Positions 13,392-26,838 of a stretch of DNA of 64,000 bases are shown here, in pieces. Position numbers and translations under genes: made by a program. Position 1 is the first letter of the stretch; each line of letters opens with the position of its first letter. Below the pieces are notes generated by a model. That model made no database searches. It was given only the letters and a program-made list of their open reading frames with translations, and was not told the DNA's origin. The DNA comes from Oikopleura dioica (lineage: Eukaryota; Animalia; Chordata): the NCBI GenBank assembly GCA_907165135.1, contig OU015570.1:930001-994000 (forward strand). Reading direction: 5' to 3'.

Positions 13392-15015
13392 GTCCTGTAT
13401 CGAGTTGAAAAAATATGTTTTGGCCGAATAGTTGGCCAAAGATATTGAGCTTTGGACCGATTCCGGCACGGGTCTTATATAACGCATTATAAGACCCACT
13501 CGTTAGTTTTTGACTTCTTCTTGGGACATGCAGCCTGGATGTGGCCTTATTGGTGACAAATATTCAACGTGAGTTTTGTTTCTCGGCAATTGAAGCTTCG
13601 GTGGCCTAGAACTCCGCATTGATGGCATCAATACGGGAATCCTCCCGGTCCAATCTCAAAATTTACTGGTCATGTTTTTTGTTCTGCTCCCTGAGCTGTG
13701 TTGTTGTTGAATGCTCCCTGAGCTGTGTTTTTGTTGAATGCTCCCTGAGCTTTGTTGTTGTTAAATGCTCTCTGAGCTGTTTTGCTGTTGCATGTTTCCT
13801 GAGCTGTTTTGTTTCCGTATTGTGAGAAGTTATTTTTGTGATGATCATAAGCAAGTCTTGTGCGAAATCTCGAAGTGTTTCTTGACGTATTACGATCGTT
13901 ATTGCGGCGTCCAATTCTCTTGATTTCAGCCAACTCGTGTTCTAGGTTTTCAATTATGTTTCTCATAACTTATGAGTCATAAGGGATGTGAGAGAGTTTT
14001 CCATCGTGTTTTGGATCATGCGGGATTGTTGCAATTCGCTCTATCAGTTCATTCATCTTTTCTCCCAGAAGAATATCTTGGGAGGAGATGGCTCTTACTT
14101 CGACCTTCTTCTTGTATTTCAGCTTTTTTGAGATATTCAGGTGTGTTTTTGGCGTCTCTTTCATTCATCCCCATGCCAAGCAAGTATCTTCGTAATTCCG
14201 GTGTGAGGCATTTATTGAAAGTTTCTCTGATGAAGTTTTTGGAGAACATCGCAATTTTTGCTGGCTTCCTTTGTAAGACGCTTATTGCTTTTGAAGTATC
14301 GTGTGAATGATTATTCTTCCTCCACATTTCGACTGATTTCCTGGAAATGTATTTACGCTTGAAGTCAGCAGTAAGAAGAGACATGCAGAACTCTTTTCTC
14401 GTTTCCTTGAAGAGGGTTTTGTACTGCTCTTTTTCAGCTTTCTTTTCGGGCGTATCCTCATTAATTCATTTGGCCAAGGAAAAATTGAAGGCAAGCTTCA
14501 TCCGTGTAAGTGTTCTGTCGAAATTGGTTTTGATATCTCTTATCTCTCTTTTGTCGTTCTCAGTGAAATCGTTGGATTCTTCATCAGGGAGTTGTCCTCG
14601 AAGTTCTGAAGAACATCGAGCGGGTGTTTTTGTCGATTCACCATGATACGGAATCAACCGAGACTCTGACAAAAACTCTGACTAAATCTGAGAGTCTTTT
14701 GGTTTATTTCGAATGCTTTTTACAGAATCATGGGCCACTTATAAAGGGCATGAACAGCTGAGAGCGTCATATGGTGCAAAATCAGAAATAGGTCGATTGG
14801 AACTTCAGCTCTGCGGGTGACTCAGTCCCGCTTTACTGAAGCCCCGAATCGGTCAAGTAAATCAGGTCATCTCCTTAATCAATTAAGTAAGGGCGCGATA
14901 TGGTCAAGAAAAAGGGCAAATAAGGCGAAATATAGAAGTTTAAAGTAAGAAAGTAAAAAGTTTTTTTTTGTTTCTTCTATAAGTCTCACATTTCGCATTC
15001 GGTTATATGCAAGTA

Positions 15016-15828
15016 CAGGGAAACCCCAACTTAAGGCCACTTTTTGGATGACAGCTAATTTGAAAAGTGGCCTTAAGTTGGGTGATTCTCTGACTAAGTT
15101 GGATGACGCTAAAATTTTTCTATTTCTGGAGTAAGGGACTGAATCATGGGAATCAAAAATGAAAGGCGAAGGGCCTTATCAGAAATTTCCGGTACGAACC
15201 AAGTATGAATTGTAAAGACTGAATGCGCCATTTAAATCAAACCTTCGGTTATTTTTTCATTCTCTTAAAAATTAATTTGCTGCAAACATGTCGCAAGACG
15301 AAAAGAGAATCCACATGACATTGGCCGAGAAAAAAAGATATGCAGAGATTCTAGTGAAGACGCCGAAGAAGAGTGATGGAAAAAAGATTATCAATGGGCT
15401 ATTTCGAAAGAAACATGATGGAAAAGACATTTCGACGCGGACATTTTCTCGACTTTATGATCAGCGGTTTAAAATCTTGGATTCTTAATCGAAAGTTTCG
15501 ATTCGAAACGAAGGTTTCAAATGTCTCAGCATTTCTTGGCGCATCAAATTTATGAAATACGAGCTGCAACTCCGATGGAGGTTGAAGAAGTACCACAAGT
15601 TTAAGTGAGAGAAGATGCCGACGCCGAAAAGCCATCGACTTCAAATCGCCAAAGAAGCAGCCGAATATAACGAGTTTTTTTATTTAAAAGTGGATCTACA
15701 ATTTACTCACTGTTAATAAAAATTGCAAAAAAAGTGGCTTTAAGTTGGATTTTTTTCGGATGACAGATTTCGAGGATTTTTCAAAAAAGTGGCCTTTAGT
15801 TGCTCGGCCTTAAGTTGGGGTTTCACTG
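15016..15828 (+). mobile_element. internally deleted pogo-like element with N-terminal HTH remnant (15288-15488)
   Basis: TIR CAG(G/T)GAAACCCCAACTTAAGGCC, TA TSD. KRIHMTLAEKKRY resembles HTH_psq starts. Same TIR as the MITE at 8857-9051. Confidence 0.75.
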
Positions 15829-16941
15829 TACTTCTATTCGATAAACCGGAAAATATCTGGATTTGAACCACATACCAAAATCTTCGCTTGATTGTATGTT
15901 AATTCCTGCAAGAAATTTTTCAAAAATTGACATCAAAATTTTTTTCGATTTTTTGTCCCTATTGAAATTTGTTGATTAACAAAATGGTGAATTCGATAAT
16001 CTTCTCCGAAATTTTCTTTGTGAGTTTTAAAAGGGCGTATGATGTCTTCAGTTGAGCGAGGGTTTGCATTTGTATACGAAAACTGTGTTTGTTAACGTAT
16101 AAAAATCGAAGCATACTCGTGAGACAATGATTATGAAGTCTACAACTTATCTCAGAAAGAATCAGACTTGTATAAAAGGATTTTTCACTCTAGTTTAATC
16201 TCATGGTGGTACCAATCCTTTCGTGACGGCCACGAGTAGAAAATACTACACAACTTCGATAAATTCTTCGAATGCAAACGTCTCTTTTGGAAATATCTGA
16301 AAAACTATCTGTAGGAATGATCAAACAACACTGGTAAGATAGACACAATAAGTTTGAACAAACATGGCAAGAAGTTCTCGAATACAGTTAAAACTCAAAA
16401 TTTGCCTTCTCCAAATTTGGCGGGTATTGGTTTAAATTGAGGTATTTTTGAATCTGAAAAAGACTCAAAAATTGGCCGCTTTTTCAAAAATAAAAAATTT
16501 TGCATCAAAATTGCGCCCAAATAATGCTATACCTGAGCATATTTGGCATTTTAAAAGTGTTTTAATTATCAAAAATGACTTAATTCTAATAATAATAACC
16601 TCAAAGAAGCAAAAATTTTATACAAATTCATCGAAACGTGAAAATCATGCCAATTTTCCAAAATTTCGAAAATTTGTTTCTTTGAAGGGGACTCTTGGCT
16701 ATCCCGTAAAAAACTCAAAATTTGGCAGCTTGTAGTAGCTAACCCTCGGGTGTGGCGCTCTTCGGGAGCTGACTCTATTTTTATCACTTGAATTCTGATC
16801 AGAGCTCTCTCGGATCAGGACCTCAGTCCAACTAACAACCTGTTTCTGAAAACACCATCTCAAAATAAATCAACTTTTATAAAACAACTCTAGAGACTCA
16901 TCATTTAGCAGACACATCTATTTAGCAGGTTACAACACAAA

Positions 16942-16959
16942 TGGTGTCAGAAGTGGGAT
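16942..16959 (+). promoter_or_regulatory. primer-binding site, tRNA-Leu
   Basis: TGGTGTCAGAAGTGGGAT immediately after the 5' LTR, complementary to the 3' end of animal tRNA-Leu(CAA). Confidence 0.85.
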
Positions 16960-17000
16960 AAGATATTTTCCCAGCGCCAAACCTTAGAGAATATCCACAA

Positions 17001-19235
17001 GTGAGTACAGAGATGAGATTTTTCTACTCATTAACAGATTTAGATACAGTCCTAGTCGACGCTCTTGCGATTCTAGAGAATCTTGCAGAGCTTGACCAAA
17101 AGGCAAAATATGAATTTTTAAGGAGTAAGTATGAAGATAAAAAAGGACTCACAAAAGTGCCTCTGCGCTTCCCAACATCCAATTTTCAGTCAATAGTAAA
17201 TTTTTACTCGTTAGATATTTCTAGACTAGTTGTAGCACCTAAGGATAAAGCACCTAAAGACAGATGCTATTTACTTCATTCTCCAAGTACTCTTACTGAT
17301 GTAACAAAATTGATTGATGACCTAAGTAAATTAGATAAAAAAATACTAGAAGGACTACAAACTCAGAAATTAGGAGACAAGCATGTTATCCTTGAGAGGA
17401 GTATAGAGGACTTCATTAAGAGAGTAGAGGAAAACATTGATGAACAAAAGCAAAAGTTATTTGTCTCTGGCTCGGCGATGAAAGTCGAAGATGTCATTAA
17501 TGAGTTTGAAGAACGTGAGCGTCTGGTTTTCAATGAAGCGTATGAAAAGGCGGCTAAAGAGTTCTCGGAGAAAACGATCATTATGGAGAAACAAGTAAGA
17601 GATCTAAAAGACACCATCGATGAGCAAGAGAATGAAATTGCGGACCTTCGTTATAATGCCGGGCTTAATGAGCAGAAGATAAGACGTCTTACCAACGAAC
17701 TTGATGCTATGAGGCACAAAGCAACGACATTTGAGCGACTTCACAAGGAAAAGTCAAAAAGAAGCCTCTCACCCAAGAAGATACTCAACAACATCTTTCC
17801 TCGGACAAACCAGGTCGCACCATTAATTCTTGATGAGCCGGTACCACATCAAAAGAAAGATGCTCTCCAGCCGTCTCCGGCGGTAGTAAACCTTGAAACA
17901 TCAGGAGATAAAGCTAATAACACGAAGCCACCTGCAGACCGTAAAAATACCAAAGACGATACGGCGGCACCTGGTCATAAACTTGAGAATGTTGACGGAC
18001 ATAGGGGCGACGGCCAAGCAATGAACTCAGTTCGTAAAGAGACTCGAAAGGAAGAGACAGAAAAACTAGAAGAAGACAATTCGGTTGCTAAGACCGAGAG
18101 AATGAGCCAAGAGCAGATAGAAAGACTGCAGCATCAAGTGGAGCGAATGACGCTTCTCTTTGAACTGCAACAACAGCAGCGAGACCAGGAACTGAACAGG
18201 GAGCGAAATCGTCCAAATGAACGAGCGCGACTGCGAGCTGAAGAACCTCGATATAAAGTTGGAAGGGATCAAGGGCTGAAGGCGACCGTCAAGGCGCCAG
18301 TTTGAGCTAAGTCTTCTGATGCGAGCCAAAAAGCAAGTCATCTCAATGACTTTATAGATTCGTTGATACTCTTTCGTGAACTCTCTTTGCTCTCAGACGC
18401 GTTACTGATCTACAGTTCGCTCGAAAACTCGGGTCGAATGGACATTTTGCGTAAATTGACAAATGAGCAGAAACGAAGTCTCCCGGAATTCATTGATCAT
18501 TTGCGACGGGCTCATGGAGGATCTTCACTTTCTCATAGAGCAAGTCTTAGCTCTCTAAGACAAGGACCCACTGAATCACCACTAAGCTTTTTCATGAGAG
18601 TGATTCGAGAGTTCTATCTTTCGCGAAAGGTGCTCCCACCATCTCCGTCAGCAATCACTGAGAGAGATAGTCAAGAGGACATTCTGTACCTCTTTACAAA
18701 TGGGCTTAAGAATCAAGCGGTGGCACAACATGTCAAACTTCATGAGAAGACAAGACCATTTGCAGATATTGGAAATCTAGCAAATGAGGCCGAGGAGGCA
18801 ATGCAACCGTTGAAAACGCAAATGAGTGTTGTGCGAACATCTAACAGAAGATATGACAACAACGACCGACGAGATGGGAACCGGAGACGGAGATCGCTGA
18901 AAGATATTGAATGCCATCGATGTGGTTTTAAAGGTCACATTGCCCGAATGTGTACGGCAAATCAGAAAACGGTAGGTCGTCATGAGCGTCGTAAAGAGAG
19001 AGGGCGTAAAGGCACACCCTTTCCGAGTAGTAATAAAAGAGGGCGATCTCAATCACGGTCCTCAGACCGCTCAAGAAGCAGCAGTCACACACGCTCAAGA
19101 AGCAGAGATTCCTCAAGGCGAAATTCAAGAGATTCTTCGAGAGGCAGATCAAATTCAAGAGAATCACGTTACAGATCAAACCCCAGCTCGAGACAATCTT
19201 CTCGAAACTCAAGTAGAGAAGGGAGACGTTATTAA
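17001..19235 (+). pseudogene. gag: Gag of element A (one in-frame TGA at 18303-18305)
   Basis: Both ORF pieces are in the same frame. Coiled-coil N-half, LRQGPTES major-homology-like motif, CHRCGFKGHIARMC zinc knuckle, RS-rich tail. Start codon uncertain (first ATG at 17013). Confidence 0.85.
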
Positions 19236-19328
19236 CCGTGCTTATTAATAAGATAACAAAAAAAAAAAAAACCGCATCCTTTCCTGTAAATTTTAACAAA
19301 TAATACAACTAACCAAAACCTTAAAATT

Positions 19329-22300
19329 ATGACCCTCACAGATGTTCCTGCCTTCATGGCGGAAGCCTACTGTCTTGACAGCAGTGGCAACCACCAGGGA
19401 GGCATGGTTTATTCAGAAGTCTTGCTTGATACGGGTGCAATGCTTGGAGCTATTGACTCACGGCACCCTTTTGCAGAATATGGCGTACGACATTATAGAA
19501 CAATTGACATTTCGGCGTTCACAGATAAACTTATATCACAAGAAGAAATCATAACGGTAGACATTAAAATCGTGGATGGTAGAACCAAAGACGCACTTGT
19601 ATCATCAGTGACACTTTTGGTATTAGATATCTTTGCTAGAGAAATAATTCTTCCATACTCAGTTATTTCGAATTTCGATCTAAAATTTGGTCCCAGATGG
19701 TGTTATCTCTATAACAAAATTTCGGAAAAGAGTCATGCTCTGAGGCTGCTCACAGCTGACACTGTGGAAATCTCGACACAGATTTGTTTAGAACCACAAG
19801 CGCAGCAAGAGCTGGATAACACTGGTATTCCAATTGAAACCAATGGCAGAGTTCAAATGGCATTTCTCGGAAAATATAAAGATAGAACGGACCTCCCAGT
19901 AATCTCTCATCGAGAGAAATCGATGATCATCAATGACTCAACGGAAGTGCTAAAAATACCGGCAGGGACAAAGCTCTGCCTAATACGACCAACGTTGCAA
20001 GAGGAACGCTTGCTTGAAGACGTTGAAGAATTTCGAAATAGACCACACCTACGTTAATATCAAAACCTTGATCCAAAGGATGTTAAAGTAAAACTAGACC
20101 ATCTCAATGGCCGGCTTAAATGCATTACTGAAGAATTCGTAGAAGAATTCCATTATATATTTGCTAGAAATGACAAAGACATTGGTCCAGGATTCCGTTT
20201 AGGATATCCCTATAAAATAAACAAAACTACTTCGCAGCCTCAACCGAGGAAGTACATTCCAGTCGCCCATAAATACGAAGATTTTCTCCAAAATCACATC
20301 AATTCACTTGAAGATCAACGAGTAGTTGAACAGATACCCAATTTGGATGTCATCACGGCGTCTTGGGTCATAGTTCCAAAGGGCAATGATAAATTACGAC
20401 CTTGTTTGGACCTCCGTCCACTAAATAATATAACCATTGCGGATAAAAATTTTCCCCTACCACCACTGCAGAGCATTCTACAGGAGCTCTCGGGACACAG
20501 ATATTACAGTTCATTAGACCTTTCATCGGCCTTTCATCACTTCGTTTTGCACCCAGATGACAGGCATCACTACACATTTCTGTCGCCTCAGCGACAAGCC
20601 TACCAGTATCGTCGAATTCCGTTTGGCGGTAGGCTTATCACCTCGTTCTTACAGTCACTCATCACGAGTGTGCTGGCGGAAAACGAGAAAAACATATGCT
20701 GCTATGTAGATGACATATCAATTTATGCCGACACAGTTGAAGAGCACAACGACGTCCTCAGACGGTTCTTTAACAAGCTTGGTGATGCCAATCTTGTCCT
20801 TAACCCATCAAAGACAATTCTTCTCAAAGAAAAACTAGAAATATTTGGCTACACGGTGGATCGAAACGGCTACAAGCCGTCAAAGGCAAGAATTGACAAA
20901 CTTTTGACACTCTCCATACCGGAATCGTCCACTGCAATGCGCAAGGCGATCGCGACGTTTGCATATTTTCGCCCAACTTTCATGAAATTTGCGGAAGTGG
21001 CGCGACAACTGTTTGAATGGGCGCAACCTGGTTCATAATATAATCCGAAATCGAAAGAGGCAAAAGAAGCGTGGGATGCACTCCTCAGATGCACAGCGAA
21101 CAGCGTTTTGCTTACAAAACCAGATCTCAATCAGCGTTTCACACTTCGATCGGATGCCTCAACTTATGCTTATGGAAGCGTTCTGTCTGAACAGATTGAT
21201 GGACAAGAAAGGATTATTGCTGTGGACAGTCGTCAATTCACAAAAGGTCAAAGGTCCTGGTCGATTCCGACGAAAGAGTTGTGGTCAGCGTTCTCAGCCG
21301 TTCGCTTTAACGCTAACCTGCTCACAGGGAGACGATTTACTTTGATAACGGACAATCAGTCCGTAGTTCATGTTATACGAGGAGCAAGGAACCTGGAAAT
21401 AACAACTTCAAACCCAATTGCTAGATCAATCATCTACTTAAATATGTTTGAAATAGATGTTAAGTGGTCTAAGGGAACTGATGCAGATTTTCACCTTACT
21501 GACTTGCTCTCAAGAAATAAGATTCATCTTAACTCCCCAGTTAGATTAGGAACTAAGTCAAAAGAGCCAATTCTACAAGTAAAAGATATCTATGATACCT
21601 GGATTAGTGTAGACCCCCAAGATAAAGAAAAGGTGACAGATGTGGCAAGGAGGGACTACCGACAAGAATCATCAACCAGTACTGTAATAACAACAATGAA
21701 CGTGACTATTCCGGAGGCTCAGATTAAAGTAGCAGAGCTACAAAAGAAAATCAAGAAATCACAGCATGATTGCAAGTAAACACAAAAACGGATAAGGAAG
21801 CTTTTGAATAATGAAAAGGTGCCTGGGTTTAATACAAAGATGGACCCGGAGATTGGACGCAATATCTTATTCAAAGGAGATCAAATTGTTGTGCCAAATC
21901 ACGAAGTTTGTAGCCTGATTGCACAATTACATAATCATACAACAAACAGGGCCATTTTACAACAGATGGAATTGCTCAATCTGTGGTTTGAGAACATGAC
22001 GCGTACTATCACCGAGTTTGGACTTTCCTGTGAAATCTGCACCCGTCGGAAAGCGGTGGCTCGTCATCCAGTTAAAATTGGTCAAACGATAAACCTGGTA
22101 ACTGAACCTTTCCAGCGTTGCCACTTGGACAATCTTGTTTGCAAACCCTACTACATCATGGTCGTGAGAGATCATTTCTCTGGGTACACTGACATGGCCG
22201 CCCTACATTCTGAAAAACTTGGAGACACATTGGAGACAGTGACTAAATTAATGCTCAGAATGTCGCTACCGAAGGAAGTGGTTTGTGATAATGCAAAAAC

Positions 22301-22868
22301 GTTCAAAAGTGAACAATTCGTGGATATGATGACCAACTTGGGGATTGCTCTGACAAACATAAGTCCGAAAAACTCAAGAAGCAATGGGAAAGTCGAACGG
22401 ATCAATCGGACTATCGGCGAAAGACTTGCGACTCTGACAGGGAATAATACGTTACCGTTACTCATGACGCTATCAGAACTGGACACGATATGTGCTCTTA
22501 TCGCGTTTGAGGTTAAACGAGCAAGGGAGCGATGGTCAAGTGAGACTTATAGGATTGTGAGACTTCATCCAGAACAAAATTCACTCACGATACAGAAGGA
22601 AAACGACACGGGTGATAAACGGTTGCGGGCACCAAGATCGACCGTGGCAATCGACAGAGTAAGAAGAATAACTGACGAAAATGAATTGCGAGAGGAGAAG
22701 TCGCGTGATAAAATATCAGAAGTAAATGAAGACGAAACAGCCGAAGTGAACAAAAAGGGGGCGCCAAGGAAAAGAGTGACATTCAAAGACATCGATGAGA
22801 GAGCAAAGGCTCCGGTGAGGTATAATTTGAGAAGCAAAAGCCGGTCTGATCAGCCGACTAAGAAATAA
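19329..22868 (+). pseudogene. pol: Pol of element A (three in-frame TAA at 20055, 21036, 21777)
   Basis: Protease LLDTGA, RT LRPCLDLRPLN and YVDD, RNase H SDAS..KEL..TDNQ, integrase HHCC plus CDNAKTF and SNGKVER. All pieces are in one frame. Confidence 0.9.
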
Positions 22869-23154
22869 CTTTGACGAAAGTTCATACCACCGTAAAAGAC
22901 ACCGGCTTGTAAACATAAAAGGAAAACGCACTTCAAAGTAATTCATTACATAAAATTAATTTTAATTATAACCTGTCGTAAAAATGAGATCAAAGACCTT
23001 GATGTCAAAATAACTCTGATGGTTATGGTCTTGGTCAAAGCATACACGTACCGCCTGTTACCGGTACCACGCCCATCATTAAAACTTATCATATAAAGAT
23101 CTCTTCAAACAAACTAAGCTCACTTCCACTCATGAGACGTCAAACAAAACTAAA

Positions 23155-24975
23155 ATGTTTCTTTTTCAAACCGCTCAAGAGAAACCCCTCCAAAGACAAA
23201 TGGAAGAGCCAGAACTCGTTACACCAACGAGCGTGAATACAACGAGAAACCAATTGTACTCCCCAACAAACATTAAGACAAAGATAATCGCACCTTTAGG
23301 TTTAGCCCTTGTTCAAGAACCCCAAAATACTACCTTACTAATAGAAAACTACCAGCCAGTGAAAATAGATCTTTCGTTTGAACTTCCTATTTTGGAATAA
23401 ATGTTTGCTCACTGTGATGCTGAAATGCTAGAAACCATAAAAACTAAAATTGATAGCGATGAAAATTTTAAAGAGGTCTCCAAACAGGCCCTAGCTCTTC
23501 GACAGCAATTCCTAGCGGAGATTAAGAAAGAAAGTGGATATTCAAGAAAAAGGAGAACAACACAAAAAACGGTGATCTCAATCATGCCAACAAAACCTTC
23601 TAGTGAAACTGACAACAAACTAAGATGGACACCTCACCCGAATGATGTAATATTAACAAGCTGGACTCCTCCACCAACTATAGATAATAAAAATTATCGT
23701 GTTATTGAAATGACAGCACCGTCAATTCGCTCGACAGAGCCGCCGGAAGATAACAAGCTTAGATGGAGTCCGACGACTAAAAGGGCAACCACAACGACAA
23801 CAGAGGCGCGCGTAGTGACAACAAAACCATCGACCACAACAAGAATGACAACCACGAAATACACTACAAAGCGTACGACCGTAAAATCGGAAAATCGATC
23901 AAGAAAGCAGCCCAGAACATCAAAGACAACAACTACAACAAGACGCCCAAAGACAACGAAGCGGCAAAACAAAACAAGGCGAACAACAACGACGACAAAC
24001 CGCCCAAAAACGACAAAACGAGCGGAGCCCACCACGACTGAACATAGAGAAAGGGTACTTCCAACAGTAGGCTATTTTCCGGACAAAAATGCAAGGTATC
24101 ATCGAGGTACGTGCATTAAGGACAACTCTCCAGTTGACTCCTACTCGCTTGGCGAGGTTGTTGATTGCACTGCTGAAGACTATGAATGCTGTAGTCAATA
24201 CACCTGTAAGTATAGGCTTCAAGTTGAGCATATAAAAGACTTGCTAACATATATGGCAGAAAATGGGCGAGGCGACCTTCTATATACAGCTCAACACTTT
24301 TGTTTTGGCTCTCCAGCCTATTCAAGAAGGAAAAGATCAATGTCTATTTTTCAGTATTGGTCGCATGGGGGAGCTCTCTCCCCCTCCAGTATCAATACAG
24401 AGGTGAAGAACCTCCGGGAAATGGAGGATGAGAAAATAAGCAAGTTGGCGAAACAAATGGTCACCTCAAGTGACTTGACAACTTCGATTAAAAGTGAAGA
24501 TGCTAAAATAGGGAAGACGATCGATGTGATTCCTCCAAATTCACCGACAATATTAACTACTCCCTGTACATTTATAACATGCTCAGGAGTACCTTTTGAC
24601 GTCCCAGAAGAGTCCAGAAATATTTAACTCAATATAGTTCAGGACTTAGAGGTACACTTGCAGGATGTTCCACTCTTGGAAACGGATTTACATCTGCTTC
24701 AGAAGAGAATTTCCTCTCTGGCAGTTAAACAGGAACAAGATCACCGAAACCAAGTAAACAAAACTTCAACTCTTATTACGTCCATTTTGAACATCGAGCC
24801 TAAACATGAGGGAACGGCTCGGATAGTTTTTAAATACTTACTACTATTTGCCATCTTAATCTTAGGATACATCTTCCTGAGATGCATATGGAACTCGTTT
24901 CAAAAATGTAAGAAAACAACTCAAACAACAATTGCTAATTTCAGAACCAATCAGATGAGAGACACGTCTGTGTAG
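23155..24975 (+). pseudogene. env: env-like membrane glycoprotein of element A (in-frame stops at 23398 and 24625)
   Basis: Two furin-type sites (SRKRR, RRKR), Thr-rich mucin-like stretch, Cys cluster, heptad region after RRKR, C-terminal TM segment YLLLFAILILGYIFL, located after pol. No clear signal peptide, probably deleted or decayed. Confidence 0.75.
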
Positions 24976-26001
24976 AATATTCAGATAAAAATCCCCAGCT
25001 TGCTTTTAGGGTAAACTGCTTATAATTATTTTTTTTTAATGAACGCACCTTCATATTCATCAATTATAATTATCACAGAATGTTTATTAATTTTCACTAA
25101 AATGAGTGACGCGAAAACTATAAAATGCTTCTAGACCAAAGTTGAACCCATAACTGGAGTAACGATATTTGATTATTTCTTTAAATGCTAATGAAATGCT
25201 GCTTTAAGTAACACGAGAAATCAAGGATGAAAACAAGGCTTAAAAATAATAAAAAAATATATATACAATTATGTGCTTATCATTACTATTATCTATGCTG
25301 CTTGCCGTAGAAAAAGAAAAGAAAAAAAAATTAAAAATATAAATATTAAGATAAAATAAAAAGATACGAGAAATAAAAAAAAATATGAAAAAAACCTGTA
25401 CATAATGTATAATTTAAACTCTGTTTTTACCTGCTTGTCAAGATTATCATCGTTTTGATAACCTGTATATACTGTATATAGTAATCTAACTTAATTCTTT
25501 AAATCATTATCATAATCATAAGCTGGTGCAGAAGGATTTTATTGAATCCACAGCAAAGCTGAATTTCTTCAATTTCCACAAAGTTCAATTGTAACATGAA
25601 AACAGTTCAAAGCAAATTATTTTTCACGGCCAATTGTACATTCCTATTTTCACTGCCAATTGTAAATTATTAATTTTCACTGCCACTTGCCGACATCAAA
25701 GATCATTTTCTTTCCGTCGTAAAACTTAATTATCTTCTTTTATGTTAAAATAATTTCCCTTGATTTATACATGAAAGCATTCTTCAATTTACAACCAGCT
25801 TTGCCACTGCCAATATTTTTATGTAAAAACTCATCAAAATCAAAAGATAGGCCAATAAGGGCCTCACCCCTCGTAAAATGTGCCACTTCAAAAAAAAAAT
25901 ACCACGATGTCACATCAGTTGCTCTCAACTAAATAAAAAGAAAAGAGTGAAAAACAGAAAAGGGACCTCTGTCCCGAGAAACGAAAAAAAGAGAGTCAAG
26001 G

Positions 26002-26838
26002 ATGTATGAAGATGCAGTAAACACTCTTTTTTACCAGGAAAGGAGTTTAGCGACCCACCCAAACCTGGCAAGATGGATTTCGGGACCTGGCTTCTCAATT
26101 GCAGTATTCCTAGGAAGAGTTGCGGAGAGATTCAACTTAGCAGTACCGACAATACAGCCCCAAGCGGTCAACAGATTTGTTAAGAAAACAATGCTATTTT
26201 TGCATCCTGATAAGAACCTAGAAGTGAACGAGGAACAGAGCGAACTACGGACCCGGTTGCTTTGCGTTAAAGGGCTAGTCACGGACAATTTCGAAATCAT
26301 TTCGAAAATTGAGCGCGATCTGGAAGAGAAACGAAGAAGACTACAAGAACGAAAGAGGATGAAGGAACAAAGAGAACGCGAAAAAGCCGTAAAACAAGCG
26401 CAAGAAGAAAAGCGAAGAAAGGAAGAGCAAGACAGACTTGAAAAGGAAAAGCGGGAGCGGGAAAAACGACAGGCACAGGCAAAGGCCGAAGAAGAAGAGC
26501 GTAAAAGGAAAGAAGAAGAAGATCGTAAAAGAAAGGAAGAAGAAGATCGTAAAAGAAAGGAAGAAGACGATCGTAAAAGGAAACGAGAAGAAGAAGAAGA
26601 AGAACGTAGACGAAAGGATACTCGTAAACGAGAAGAAGATGGGTCAGAACGCGAAGGTAATAAAAATAATTATGGTCAGGAACGGAACGAATGGAACGGA
26701 AGCACAGAAGGAATGGAATGGGACTCGAACACAAATGAACAATGGAACAACAGACGACGCTATGAGTGGCAAAATATGAGAACGTCACGGGAACAGGAGG
26801 CATTAAGAAGAATTCGGGATTTTAGAAGAACCATTTAA
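26002..26838 (+). CDS. accessory ORF4 of element A: J-domain-like HPDK protein with a charged single-helix region; probably extends through two stops to 27240
   Basis: FVKKTMLFLHPDKN (HPDK at 26203-26214) followed by a helix and E/R/K repeats (EEEDRKRK). The same frame continues to 27240 with only two TAA. Confidence 0.65.
   Translation: MYEDAVNTLFYQERSLATHPNLARWISGPGFSIAVFLGRVAERFNLAVPTIQPQAVNRFVKKTMLFLHPDKNLEVNEEQSELRTRLLCVKGLVTDNFEIISKIERDLEEKRRRLQERKRMKEQREREKAVKQAQEEKRRKEEQDRLEKEKREREKRQAQAKAEEEERKRKEEEDRKRKEEEDRKRKEEDDRKRKREEEEEERRRKDTRKREEDGSEREGNKNNYGQERNEWNGSTEGMEWDSNTNEQWNNRRRYEWQNMRTSREQEALRRIRDFRRTI

Larger units (their letters stand above)
10860..14881 (-). mobile_element. degraded gypsy LTR retrotransposon relic (putative 5' LTR 14644-14881, gag, protease) interrupted by MITEs
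   Basis: TGAT..ATCA LTR-like segment with TATA and AATAAA followed by TGGTGAATC. Gag knuckle CHQCGVLGHRSFNC (~13590-13630). Protease FQLDTG|AQVSCLP is split by a MITE, followed by CSPILGTP. Confidence 0.65.
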
